This document shows, piece by piece, positions 1-8,398 of a stretch of DNA of 64,000 nucleotides. The notes beneath the pieces were generated by a model, which worked only from the letters and a program-made list of their open reading frames with translations, made no database searches and was not told where the DNA came from. Position 1 is the stretch's first letter. Each line of letters starts with the position of its first letter. Made by a program: the position numbers and the translations under genes. Origin of the DNA: Candidatus Hydrogenedentota bacterium (GTDB lineage: Bacteria; Hydrogenedentota; Hydrogenedentia; Hydrogenedentales; SLHB01); the NCBI GenBank assembly GCA_963668025.2, contig CAXXTH010000019.1, positions 181,734-245,733 on the forward strand, read 5' to 3'.

Positions 1-1
1 C

Positions 2-868
2 CTTTTTTCCTTAACCACATGGGCTCAGTTTTCTACAAACGATCTTGAGAATCCTAAGCCAGGTTCGTTTATTGCGAATCTAGTTGAACAAGAAGCTGGA
101 ATAGCCGCAAATGAGACTATGAGCGATAATGTCCGAAATCTATACTTTAAAGGAGAACTTTTTACTTGGTATTCACAGTTATATTTTAGTAGGAATTATG
201 CTGCTTTCTTCAATAGCATAGAAAGAGTACCACGAATTCAAAAATTGATGCAGATTATCCGTACTGGGTCTTCAGACGAAAAAGCTAAATTGAAAGCATG
301 TGTTATTGGCATGTGTAATTTTTACATAAAAGAAGCTCCTCTATTGCCTTCGTCTCAAAATACGGATCCTGCCTCGGTCGCTTTTAATAATGAACCTTCG
401 GCATTATTTCCAAAGGATGGAATTGCATATGCTTATTTGTTGAGTTATATAGATGAAAAAGGTGATATGCTTCCATTGCTAGTAAAAATGCATGAGCGAC
501 AACAAGAGGCATCGTATGAGTTAGGAAAACTCATGCTTAGTAAGAATAACTCCGATAATGTTGAATCTACACCAAAGGTGTTTACTGCAACTATACATGG
601 CGCAATTATTTCCTATGCATGCGGACATATTATGCGGGCGATTACTATAAATGAAGAAAAAAAAGACTCTCTTACAGAGATACAGAAAAGTGTATTGGAG
701 CGGTTTGTACAGCTTGAAGCAGAAAACCAAGCTGAATGGGAAAAAGATATTGCGGAAAACCTCCAAAATACAGATGAACAGCTAGAGAAAAAAAGACCTG
801 AATGGATGGATATGAATTCTCAGACTAAAATTCTTGCACTTGCAAAAGAGTACGTTTCAGCTATATGA
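2..868 (+). CDS. Hypothetical, probably secreted protein (5'-truncated by the window edge), low GC
   Basis: The frame of ORF 119..868 stays open back to position 2 (LFSLTTWAQFSTNDLENP..., resembling a signal-peptide end); AT-rich compared with the host. Confidence 0.65.
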   Translation, partial: LFSLTTWAQFSTNDLENPKPGSFIANLVEQEAGIAANETMSDNVRNLYFKGELFTWYSQLYFSRNYAAFFNSIERVPRIQKLMQIIRTGSSDEKAKLKACVIGMCNFYIKEAPLLPSSQNTDPASVAFNNEPSALFPKDGIAYAYLLSYIDEKGDMLPLLVKMHERQQEASYELGKLMLSKNNSDNVESTPKVFTATIHGAIISYACGHIMRAITINEEKKDSLTEIQKSVLERFVQLEAENQAEWEKDIAENLQNTDEQLEKKRPEWMDMNSQTKILALAKEYVSAI

Positions 869-899
869 ATAAAATCACAGCATAACTACACAAAGGGAG

Positions 900-1601
900 A
901 TGTGTGTCATGAAAAAAATGAATGTAATTATGTTTTTTTTAGTGTTGTCTGCTTTTTGTGCAACCGCAGATGAACCTAACGGAACAGTAGACGACTTTTT
1001 TTGTACTGGCTTATATGAAGGAGGAGGAATTCAGACTATTTTTTTTAAATTAGCCAGGTATGAGATTCCTGATGCCGATGATGATGAATGCTATAATGGC
1101 GCAGATTGGTGCATATCTACCTCTACAGGAAGAAAAGTTGCACATTGGCATCTCGATACTTCCTATCGCTCTGATTTAACAAGCGAAGAAAAAGCTAATA
1201 TGAATAGACTTTATGAGTATATGAATTCATGGGCAACTTCCCAGAATCGAATAGGTTATCCTTCAATTGCATATAATTGTCATGCTTATGCGTGGGGACG
1301 AAACGATATCTTAATTTTAGGAACACCATATGGTGGAGATGGGATGGAGCGTTTATTTGCTGACGATTGTGAACATATTAATAGTCAGCAATTATGTGAA
1401 ACGGGAGATCTATTTAAGCATACTCCAAATCCAGGTATAGATCATACATCGATAATAGATGCAGGAACATTAAATGGTGTCACAGTAATTGATAAGTTTC
1501 GAGGAAAAATGGGTTTTTATGGTATTTATAGATTGGATAGAGATACAGTTTTTGATGATGCATTAGGTAGTGATAATGGTGGTATTTTTCGAAAGGAATG
1601 A
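900..1601 (+). CDS. Secreted protein with a papain/NlpC-P60-like Cys-His domain (DUF7689-like)
   Basis: Signal peptide MKKMNVIMFFLVLSAFCATA; motifs YNCHAYAWG, IDHTSII and RGKMG; AT-rich. Confidence 0.55.
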   Translation: MCVMKKMNVIMFFLVLSAFCATADEPNGTVDDFFCTGLYEGGGIQTIFFKLARYEIPDADDDECYNGADWCISTSTGRKVAHWHLDTSYRSDLTSEEKANMNRLYEYMNSWATSQNRIGYPSIAYNCHAYAWGRNDILILGTPYGGDGMERLFADDCEHINSQQLCETGDLFKHTPNPGIDHTSIIDAGTLNGVTVIDKFRGKMGFYGIYRLDRDTVFDDALGSDNGGIFRKE

Positions 1602-1704
1602 ACCCTAAAATATTAATGAATATTTCTAGTAGAGGATAATGCTTCGTCTAAACCGTAAACCGCAAATACGCTTGAGAAGGAGCTTTATCCTCTATTTTTA
1701 TTCT

Positions 1705-4023
1705 TCACCGGTGCTGCGGCGTGCCGTACCATTGGCTGCCCGCGTGGTCGAGGTGGAGGGTGGGAAGGCCGCTCAGGCGGCGTTCCTGTCCGAAGCGCGC
1801 CCGCATATCGTTGCCGAATTTCCAGTCCGCACCCTCGAAGTGGTTCATCTCCTCGTAGCGCACGGCCTCGAAGCACTCCTTGCGCACGCATTGGCAAAAG
1901 CCGATGGGCACGCCTTCTGCCTCGGCCCGGCGGTATTCTCCTGGCCCTGCGAGCAATTCCTCCCAGCACTCCCATGGCTGGATTTCACCTAGAAGAATGC
2001 GGGCCGTCGTGTCCGCCGGTAGCATTTTGCGCCCGTCTGGAATGGCGAAGGCCGCTTCAGGCGGCAATGCGTCCAAGGCCGCGAAAAACGCGGGAGGGAG
2101 AATAATGTCCGCATCGAGCAAAACCACCCAATTCCCGGAGGCCATCCGCGCCGATTCGTTGATGAGGAAGCCCTTTGCCATGGCGAGGCCGTCCGCGAAA
2201 GGCGCGCGCACGATGCGCAAGGCGGGATGGGCCGCTTCGATGCTCTCGATGACATCACCCGTGGCGTCGATGCCCGGCACATACGCGATGATCACCTCGA
2301 TGCGTTCCAGCAGTATGCCGCGCTGGTGTGCAATGCCCTGCAAGGCGGCCTGCAAGCGCCGCGCATAGCGCGTGCTCACGATCAATACGGAGTACTCCGC
2401 CTTGGTTTGGGATGCGCTGGCCTCTCCGCCCCGCCAGATGCTCACGCCTTGCGTGCCGATGACGCCGTCGATGTTCCAGATGGACAGGCGCGGTTCGAGG
2501 CGGCCACCGAGGCGGCTGGGCACGCAGTGCTGGCCCGCGAATTCCATGGGCTCCACCGACGCGCCATCGCGCAACAGCACATAGCGCCCGTCCGCCTCGA
2601 CATGGAGAATCATGCGGTGGGACGCGGCGATCATCGGGCACACGAGCCGGGCATGGCGGCCCAGGCTGAATCCTACATAGTCCGCGAATCCGCCGCCGAA
2701 AGTGGCCGCGAGCGTGAAAGGCGGTTCAAGCCGCGCGAGGGGCGTGCTGGTCTTCTCCGTGTTCGTCCAGGAGAACCAGCGCACGGTGCCCGCCAATTGC
2801 CAAGTCCATTGGCCTTCGATGCGATACGCGAAGGAATCGATCTCGATGTCCGGGCGGCGCTGCGCCACGAGGGCGTTCGCGCGTGCGGCCAGTTCGACGC
2901 CCTTCGGGCCGCGCTCGCGGCGGAGTTGATCCACGGCATCGTAATAACGCCGCCGCTGGGCGGTGTAATAATGGGGATCGCACACGTTTTCGCCTTCAAT
3001 GCGCCGCACCTCGACGCCCGGCAGCCTGCGCCGCAACGCCTCGGGTGCGTGGTCGCAGATGCGCCGGAGGCTGCACGCGCCGCATTCCGGGCCAAGGGCC
3101 TCGGCGGACCCGGCTTCCCGCCGCGTGCGTTCCGCTTCATGCGCTTCCGGCGTTTCAACCAGCGCCCGGGGGGCATGCGGCAAGAATCGTGAATACCGGG
3201 AAACCTTGTGCCATGCCCACACCCGTGCGCGCGCCCACGGATGCTCGGTGAGCCACGGCAGCAGGATGGAGTCAATGGGATTCGGATACGACGTGTAGCG
3301 CGCGAGAAGCATGAAGAGCACGATCCGCGCCCGCATGGGGCCCATGGCATGCAATTCCTGGGCGAGGGCGTAGGCGTTGTTTTCGTAGTGCTGGTGGTCG
3401 TGGTGGAATTGGGCCATGGGGACGCAGAAGGAGCGGGCCGCTTCCTCGACCCAGCAAAAGGGCATGCCGGGCAAGTTCGCTTCGATGCCGTGGGCGTCGA
3501 AAGCCAGCGCCAGGCGCGCCATGAGGTCAATCGTGGTGCGGGCCGTTCCGGCGTCCAGTGGCGGCGCTGTATTGCGGGTGAAGGGATCCGAAAAAGCCAG
3601 GTTCACGGCCATCACGCCGCCCGCCGCGAGGCGCGCCGCCTCGGCGTTAGGATTTAGGCCGGGCGCGAAGGGGGGAAAGACTTGGAGCCGCAGAGGCAAT
3701 TTCGCGGCACGGCAGGCGCGGAACCAGGATTCCAAATGGTCCACATGCAGTCCGCGCACTTCGGCGAATACATCGAACAGGCCTGCCGCCGCGAAAGCGC
3801 CCAATTCGCGCGGCGGGGCGTGCTCCGTGCGGAGGGAAATCCGTGCGTCGAGTTCACGCGCGGTTTCCAGGAGCGCGGGCATATGCCGCAGCCCCTCCGG
3901 CCCGGCCAGCACGTCGATCTTCTCCGTTTTGAACGCCAGCCTGCAAATGCGCATCCACCGCTGAAGGTCGGGCGCATGGAAGAGCTTGCCGCTGGCGTTA
4001 TGCGTGATGACCAAGCCGCGCAC
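1705..4023 (-). CDS. Degenerate radical-SAM/SPASM-like region fused to a C-terminal GT2 glycosyltransferase
   Basis: GT2 motifs YSVLIVST, NESARMASGNWVVLLDADII (DxD); PGMPFC and CGACSLRRIC upstream; no CxxxCxxC. Confidence 0.7.
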   Translation of the reverse strand: MRGLVITHNASGKLFHAPDLQRWMRICRLAFKTEKIDVLAGPEGLRHMPALLETARELDARISLRTEHAPPRELGAFAAAGLFDVFAEVRGLHVDHLESWFRACRAAKLPLRLQVFPPFAPGLNPNAEAARLAAGGVMAVNLAFSDPFTRNTAPPLDAGTARTTIDLMARLALAFDAHGIEANLPGMPFCWVEEAARSFCVPMAQFHHDHQHYENNAYALAQELHAMGPMRARIVLFMLLARYTSYPNPIDSILLPWLTEHPWARARVWAWHKVSRYSRFLPHAPRALVETPEAHEAERTRREAGSAEALGPECGACSLRRICDHAPEALRRRLPGVEVRRIEGENVCDPHYYTAQRRRYYDAVDQLRRERGPKGVELAARANALVAQRRPDIEIDSFAYRIEGQWTWQLAGTVRWFSWTNTEKTSTPLARLEPPFTLAATFGGGFADYVGFSLGRHARLVCPMIAASHRMILHVEADGRYVLLRDGASVEPMEFAGQHCVPSRLGGRLEPRLSIWNIDGVIGTQGVSIWRGGEASASQTKAEYSVLIVSTRYARRLQAALQGIAHQRGILLERIEVIIAYVPGIDATGDVIESIEAAHPALRIVRAPFADGLAMAKGFLINESARMASGNWVVLLDADIILPPAFFAALDALPPEAAFAIPDGRKMLPADTTARILLGEIQPWECWEELLAGPGEYRRAEAEGVPIGFCQCVRKECFEAVRYEEMNHFEGADWKFGNDMRARFGQERRLSGLPTLHLDHAGSQWYGTPQHR

Positions 4024-4068
4024 GGGGCGTCAACGGCGTTATGGTTTCATCGGGCGGCATACAGGCAG

Positions 4069-5112
4069 CTAATCCCCCAACAGCTCATTAATCACCTCGA
4101 CCGGCAGGGCGGGGTGTTCGCGGTAGCGTTTTCCGCGCAAGGCTGCCCGGTATTCGGCCAGCCAGGCGCGCGCCTCGGCCTTGCCGCGTGCGCGTCCCAG
4201 CGCCTCCAAGATCAAGCGCGGGTCTTCCGGAGCAAGGCTGAGCGAGCGGCCGCCCCACACCCACTCCGTGGAGATGAAAATGTGCAGCAATCGCGCCGGG
4301 GATACATTGCGAAGCAGGCGGCGGCACGCAATGAGCTTGATGCGGGGGCTGGCGGTCTGGCTGGGTTTCGTCACGACGAAGTCGCCCGAGGCCACCTGCG
4401 GCATCTCCATGCATTCGCGCCGTTCCGGGTCATACGATTTCGCGATCACCTCGAGCATGCGGCCCTTGAGCAGGTCGGTCTGGGCTTTCGAGAATGACTG
4501 CGGCTGGCGCACATTCACGAAGAATTGCAGATTGCGGTCCACGCCCAATTCATGGTATGTCCCCAGCCATTGCGTCATATAGGCGTATACCGTGCGGTCC
4601 TTCTCTTTGCGATGGTAGCGGTCCGGCAGGAATACCGTGCCGCCGAGGAAAGGCCGCACGATGAAATCCTGGTCGCGGCGGTACAAGATGCGCAGGTTCA
4701 AATGCTCGGCTTCCGCGAGGGTGCTGATGCTGCCCTCTTTCTTGGCCGCCACTAATCCGAAGACGCCCATTTTCCGCTTCACGTTCGTGGCTCGCACGCG
4801 AAAGATGAGTTGATATTGCCCTTCCTGGAACAGCTCGAACACGATATTCGTCAACGGCGCTGGCCCGAGCATTTGCTGGATGCTGGGCACGATGAACCGG
4901 TCGTTGCCCAAGACCATGCCCTCGATGGAGCTGCTGAGCGTCTCGACTTGGTAATGGCGCGGGATCTCCTTGCCCCAAAAATCATACATGGTGCGCAATC
5001 CAAGCCAGCGCACGCGGAGCGGGCCTTTGCGCACCACGTTCGTGCGCACCGGGCGTTTCTTCACGGGCTTGGCGGGTGTAGCGGTCTTCGTCGTTTTCAA
5101 TGGCTGCCGCAT
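4069..5112 (-). CDS. Hypothetical protein, possible protein-kinase-like (PKL) fold
   Basis: 347-aa ORF co-oriented with its neighbours; motif order EGQYQLIFRV / VAAK / EAEHLNL / TQWLG / ASGDFVV / IKLIACR. Confidence 0.6.
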   Translation of the reverse strand: MRQPLKTTKTATPAKPVKKRPVRTNVVRKGPLRVRWLGLRTMYDFWGKEIPRHYQVETLSSSIEGMVLGNDRFIVPSIQQMLGPAPLTNIVFELFQEGQYQLIFRVRATNVKRKMGVFGLVAAKKEGSISTLAEAEHLNLRILYRRDQDFIVRPFLGGTVFLPDRYHRKEKDRTVYAYMTQWLGTYHELGVDRNLQFFVNVRQPQSFSKAQTDLLKGRMLEVIAKSYDPERRECMEMPQVASGDFVVTKPSQTASPRIKLIACRRLLRNVSPARLLHIFISTEWVWGGRSLSLAPEDPRLILEALGRARGKAEARAWLAEYRAALRGKRYREHPALPVEVINELLGD

Positions 5113-5210
5113 TCAATTCATCCCCTGGGTTGTACCGAACTGGCGTTATTATGACATCTTGCAATGGCTTGCGGGAAGCCCGAAGCGTGAGGCGCGCCCG
5201 GTATGCCGGC

Positions 5211-6131
5211 TCACCAAGGCAGCCATGCCGCCATTTGCGGCCCGTAATGAATAATCACGGTGCATGCGGCGCCCCATAAGGCGAGATTGAGTAGAAACGG
5301 GCGGTCACGCAAGATCAATTCCGCCGGGTTCCCTCCGTCATTCCGGTGATAACTCAAATACAAATACCGGAAAACGCCATACAACACGAAGGGCACGGTG
5401 GCGATAAGGCCCCGCGTGTGGAACACTTCCGCCGTGCGCGCATCCACGGTATAAAGGATGTAACACAGCAGCGTCGCCCCCGTCGAAATGGACACCATCT
5501 GGTCCAGAAAATCGTGGCTGTAGTGTTCCAGCACCTCCCGGTGCGAATGGGCGCGCCCCTCGAGATCGATGAGTTCCGCGCGGCGCTTCGTGAAGCCCAA
5601 GAAAAGCGACACCGTGAGCGTGCAGAGCAGCAGCCAATGGGAGGGCGAAACTGCCGCCGCTGCCGCGCCGATGAGCACCCGCAAGATGAAGCCCACTGCT
5701 AAAAACATGACATCCAAAATCACGAGATGTTTTAAGTATAAGGAATACAACAAGTTGCTCAATATATACGCAATAAGCACCATCGTGGCAAACAGAGGGA
5801 GCATGAGCAGGGACAGCGCCAGCGCCGCCGCGGCTAATCCCAGCGCCATCCCAATGGCCGCGGATATCGTAAGGCGGCCAGACGCCAGCGGGCGCATGCG
5901 CTTGACGGGATGCAGCCGGTCGCGGCGCAGGTCGATGAGGTCATTCATGGCGTATACGGCGCTCGACGCCAGGCAAAATGCCGCGAAAGCGGCGAATACG
6001 GCCAATGCTTTATCAGGGACGGCAATCTGGCGCGCGAATAACGGCGCAGCGAACACGAAGCCATTCTTGATCCACTGCCGGATCCGCATGGCCTCAATAA
6101 TCGTTTGAACATGAGTGCTTAGCAACACCAT
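5211..6131 (-). CDS. UbiA-family decaprenyl-phosphate phosphoribosyltransferase-like protein
   Basis: RIRQWIKNGFVF, NDLIDLRRDRLHPVKRMRPLASG, YSLYLKH, KRRAE; multiple TM helices; start uncertain (6173/6131/6089). Confidence 0.9.
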   Translation of the reverse strand: MVLLSTHVQTIIEAMRIRQWIKNGFVFAAPLFARQIAVPDKALAVFAAFAAFCLASSAVYAMNDLIDLRRDRLHPVKRMRPLASGRLTISAAIGMALGLAAAALALSLLMLPLFATMVLIAYILSNLLYSLYLKHLVILDVMFLAVGFILRVLIGAAAAAVSPSHWLLLCTLTVSLFLGFTKRRAELIDLEGRAHSHREVLEHYSHDFLDQMVSISTGATLLCYILYTVDARTAEVFHTRGLIATVPFVLYGVFRYLYLSYHRNDGGNPAELILRDRPFLLNLALWGAACTVIIHYGPQMAAWLPW

Positions 6132-6240
6132 CGCCTTATATCCCTTTTGTACGGCTGTTTCGTGCGCGATCAACGGAGAAAGAATATCATATAGGCCTCG
6201 CGGCGCGCCTCATCCGCCTCGCATGTAGATAATCACATGT

Positions 6241-6390
6241 AACGCGGAGGTGCAGAGAACGCGGAGGTCCGCAAAGAAGAAAAGACCTATTCCTACAATT
6301 TCTGCGTGCATTCGAAAATGAACAGCATCAGTAGAAATAGAGCAGAATAGATTCTCTGCAAGACCCTGCATTCTTAGCGCCTCTGCATTG
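6241..6390. repeat. Imperfect palindromic intergenic repeat (AACGCGGAGG...GCGCCTCTGCATT family)
   Basis: Arms resemble those of the copy at 20040-20122. Confidence 0.6.
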
Positions 6391-6607
6391 AAATGACTCA
6401 ACTCACCAGCAGGTGAGCCAGTGTTTCTCATGTCACACAGCAACCTTGCCTGCTTTTGTGAGCTAATGCGCCTGCTTACCAGAAAATGATTGTTCTTGCC
6501 CGCTGATTAGCCCATGGTTGTGCATGGAATATGAATCTAAGTACAATCGCACCAATGAGGCTTCTATCGTCGAGTAAAGATGGGCTTGCATACAGAGGAA
6601 TCCTTTT

Positions 6608-8218
6608 ATGATGGCCAACAAAATACCGTGCATCTGGTTTCCTGCCGCATTAATCGTGCTGTATACCTCCATTGCTTGCGCCACGCCATTGGACGATTAC
6701 GTGGCCGCGCCGGATTCGAGCTATGCCTATTCTCTCAACAGCGTCATATCTGGAACCGGCTACACGGGCTATGTCTATCACATGGCTTCGCAACGGTGGC
6801 GTGATACCCCGTCCGAGATTGACCGTAATCTGTGGGAGCATTGGCTGGTGATGGCCGTACCTGCGGTCGTCAGCCATCCCACAACCGCCTTGCTATTTAT
6901 AGATGGCGGTTCTAATAGTGGAAATGCGCCGTCGGCAATAGAGGCCATGCTGGCGCAAATCGCTACAGCAACGCAGTCGATTGTCGTGGACCTGCGGATG
7001 ATTCCCAACCAGCCGTTGGTCTTCCCGGATGAAACGGATCCCCGATATGTTACGGCTGGCCGTAAAGAAGATGAGATTACGGCATATGCGTGGGACAAGT
7101 TTCTGCACACGGGCGACGCAACGTGGGTTCCCCGCCTGCCGATGACCAAAGCGGTCGTACGTGCAATGGACGCCATCCAGGCCGAACATCCAGGCATTAC
7201 GAGCTTTGTCGTCGCGGGAGGCTCCAAGCGCGGTTGGACGGCTTGGACGACGGCCGCCGTCGATCCTCGAGTAATGGCCATCGTTCCGATGTCCATCGAC
7301 ATACTCAACATCAAAGCCTCGATGCAGCACCACTGGGACGCATATGGATTCTGGTCCAGCGCGCTCAGCGATTATGTGGACATGGGCGTCCTGGATTGGC
7401 TGAACACGCCCCAATTCGATGCGTTGATGGCCATCGAGGATCCGTATTCGTATCGAGACCGAATGACCATGCCCAAGTATATCATGAACGCCACCGGCGA
7501 CCAGTTCTTCCTGCCCGATTCCTCCCAGTTTTATTTCGAGGAGCTGCCGGGCGAAAAATACTTGAGGTATACCCCCAATACCGATCATGGGCAGAATGCG
7601 GAAGCCGTTCTGAATTTTCTGGCGTATTACACGGCGTTGTTGAATGGCGTGGCGCGTCCCGAATTCACGTGGACAAAGGAAGCGGACGGCTCGCTACGCG
7701 TGCAAACCACCACATCGCCCAGCGAGGTCAACTTGTGGCAAGCCACCAATCCCCATGCACGCGATTTCCGAGTCGAAACCATCGGCGAAGCGTGGACCCG
7801 TTCATCCCTCACTGATCAGGGAGGCGGGCTTTATATCGGGCAGGTTCCTGAGCCTAGCGAGGGCTGGACAGCGTTCATGGTGGAACTGGTGTATCCCAGC
7901 GGCAGTATTTACCCGTTGAAGTTCACGACGGAGGTCAGCGTCGTTCCCGATATTCTGCCATATAAAGATTCCGATGGCGATGAAATACTCGATGGCGAAG
8001 AGGGAACAGCCGACCCCGATGGCGACGGGACGCCTAATTACCTGGACCTCGATTCCGATGATGACGGCCTGAGCGACCATTCGGAACGGTTCACCTGGAA
8101 CACCGATCCATACGATCCGCTGCATCCCAATGCTTTTACGCTCCACGCTTGGCCCCTCCTGCTACTATTGCTTCTGGCAGCCTGGAAGATGCAGCGAAGG
8201 CAGATTTCTTTGCAATAA
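6608..8218 (+). CDS. PqaA (PhoPQ-activated pathogenicity) family alpha/beta hydrolase with Ca-binding DxDxD repeats and a C-terminal TM anchor
   Basis: SQRW, WEHWL, RLPMTKA, GGSKRGWTAW nucleophile elbow, GDQFFLPD, PNTDH; DSDGDEILD and DPDGDGTPNYLDLDSDDDG; hydrophobic plus basic tail. Confidence 0.85.
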   Translation: MMANKIPCIWFPAALIVLYTSIACATPLDDYVAAPDSSYAYSLNSVISGTGYTGYVYHMASQRWRDTPSEIDRNLWEHWLVMAVPAVVSHPTTALLFIDGGSNSGNAPSAIEAMLAQIATATQSIVVDLRMIPNQPLVFPDETDPRYVTAGRKEDEITAYAWDKFLHTGDATWVPRLPMTKAVVRAMDAIQAEHPGITSFVVAGGSKRGWTAWTTAAVDPRVMAIVPMSIDILNIKASMQHHWDAYGFWSSALSDYVDMGVLDWLNTPQFDALMAIEDPYSYRDRMTMPKYIMNATGDQFFLPDSSQFYFEELPGEKYLRYTPNTDHGQNAEAVLNFLAYYTALLNGVARPEFTWTKEADGSLRVQTTTSPSEVNLWQATNPHARDFRVETIGEAWTRSSLTDQGGGLYIGQVPEPSEGWTAFMVELVYPSGSIYPLKFTTEVSVVPDILPYKDSDGDEILDGEEGTADPDGDGTPNYLDLDSDDDGLSDHSERFTWNTDPYDPLHPNAFTLHAWPLLLLLLLAAWKMQRRQISLQ

Positions 8219-8225
8219 CATAGCC

Positions 8226-8291
8226 GTATGGTGGGGCTGGCCCCACCGTTCGAAGCTGAAAGCGTTACCGGTAGGGCAAGCCCCACACTAC
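8226..8291. repeat. REP doublet (REPIN-like, GTAG family)
   Basis: gtatggtggggctggccccacc plus the inverted copy ggtagggcaagccccacactac; same family as the copies at 27424, 34361 and 46518. Confidence 0.75.
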
Positions 8292-8398
8292 TTTTCTTGG
8301 CGCGGTTTGTTGAGCAGGAGTTTGAGGCTGCACAGCAGCATCTCCCGCCCCTTCGACGAACCATAATGTGTAGGATAGCCGTGAAGGCTATCAATCAT

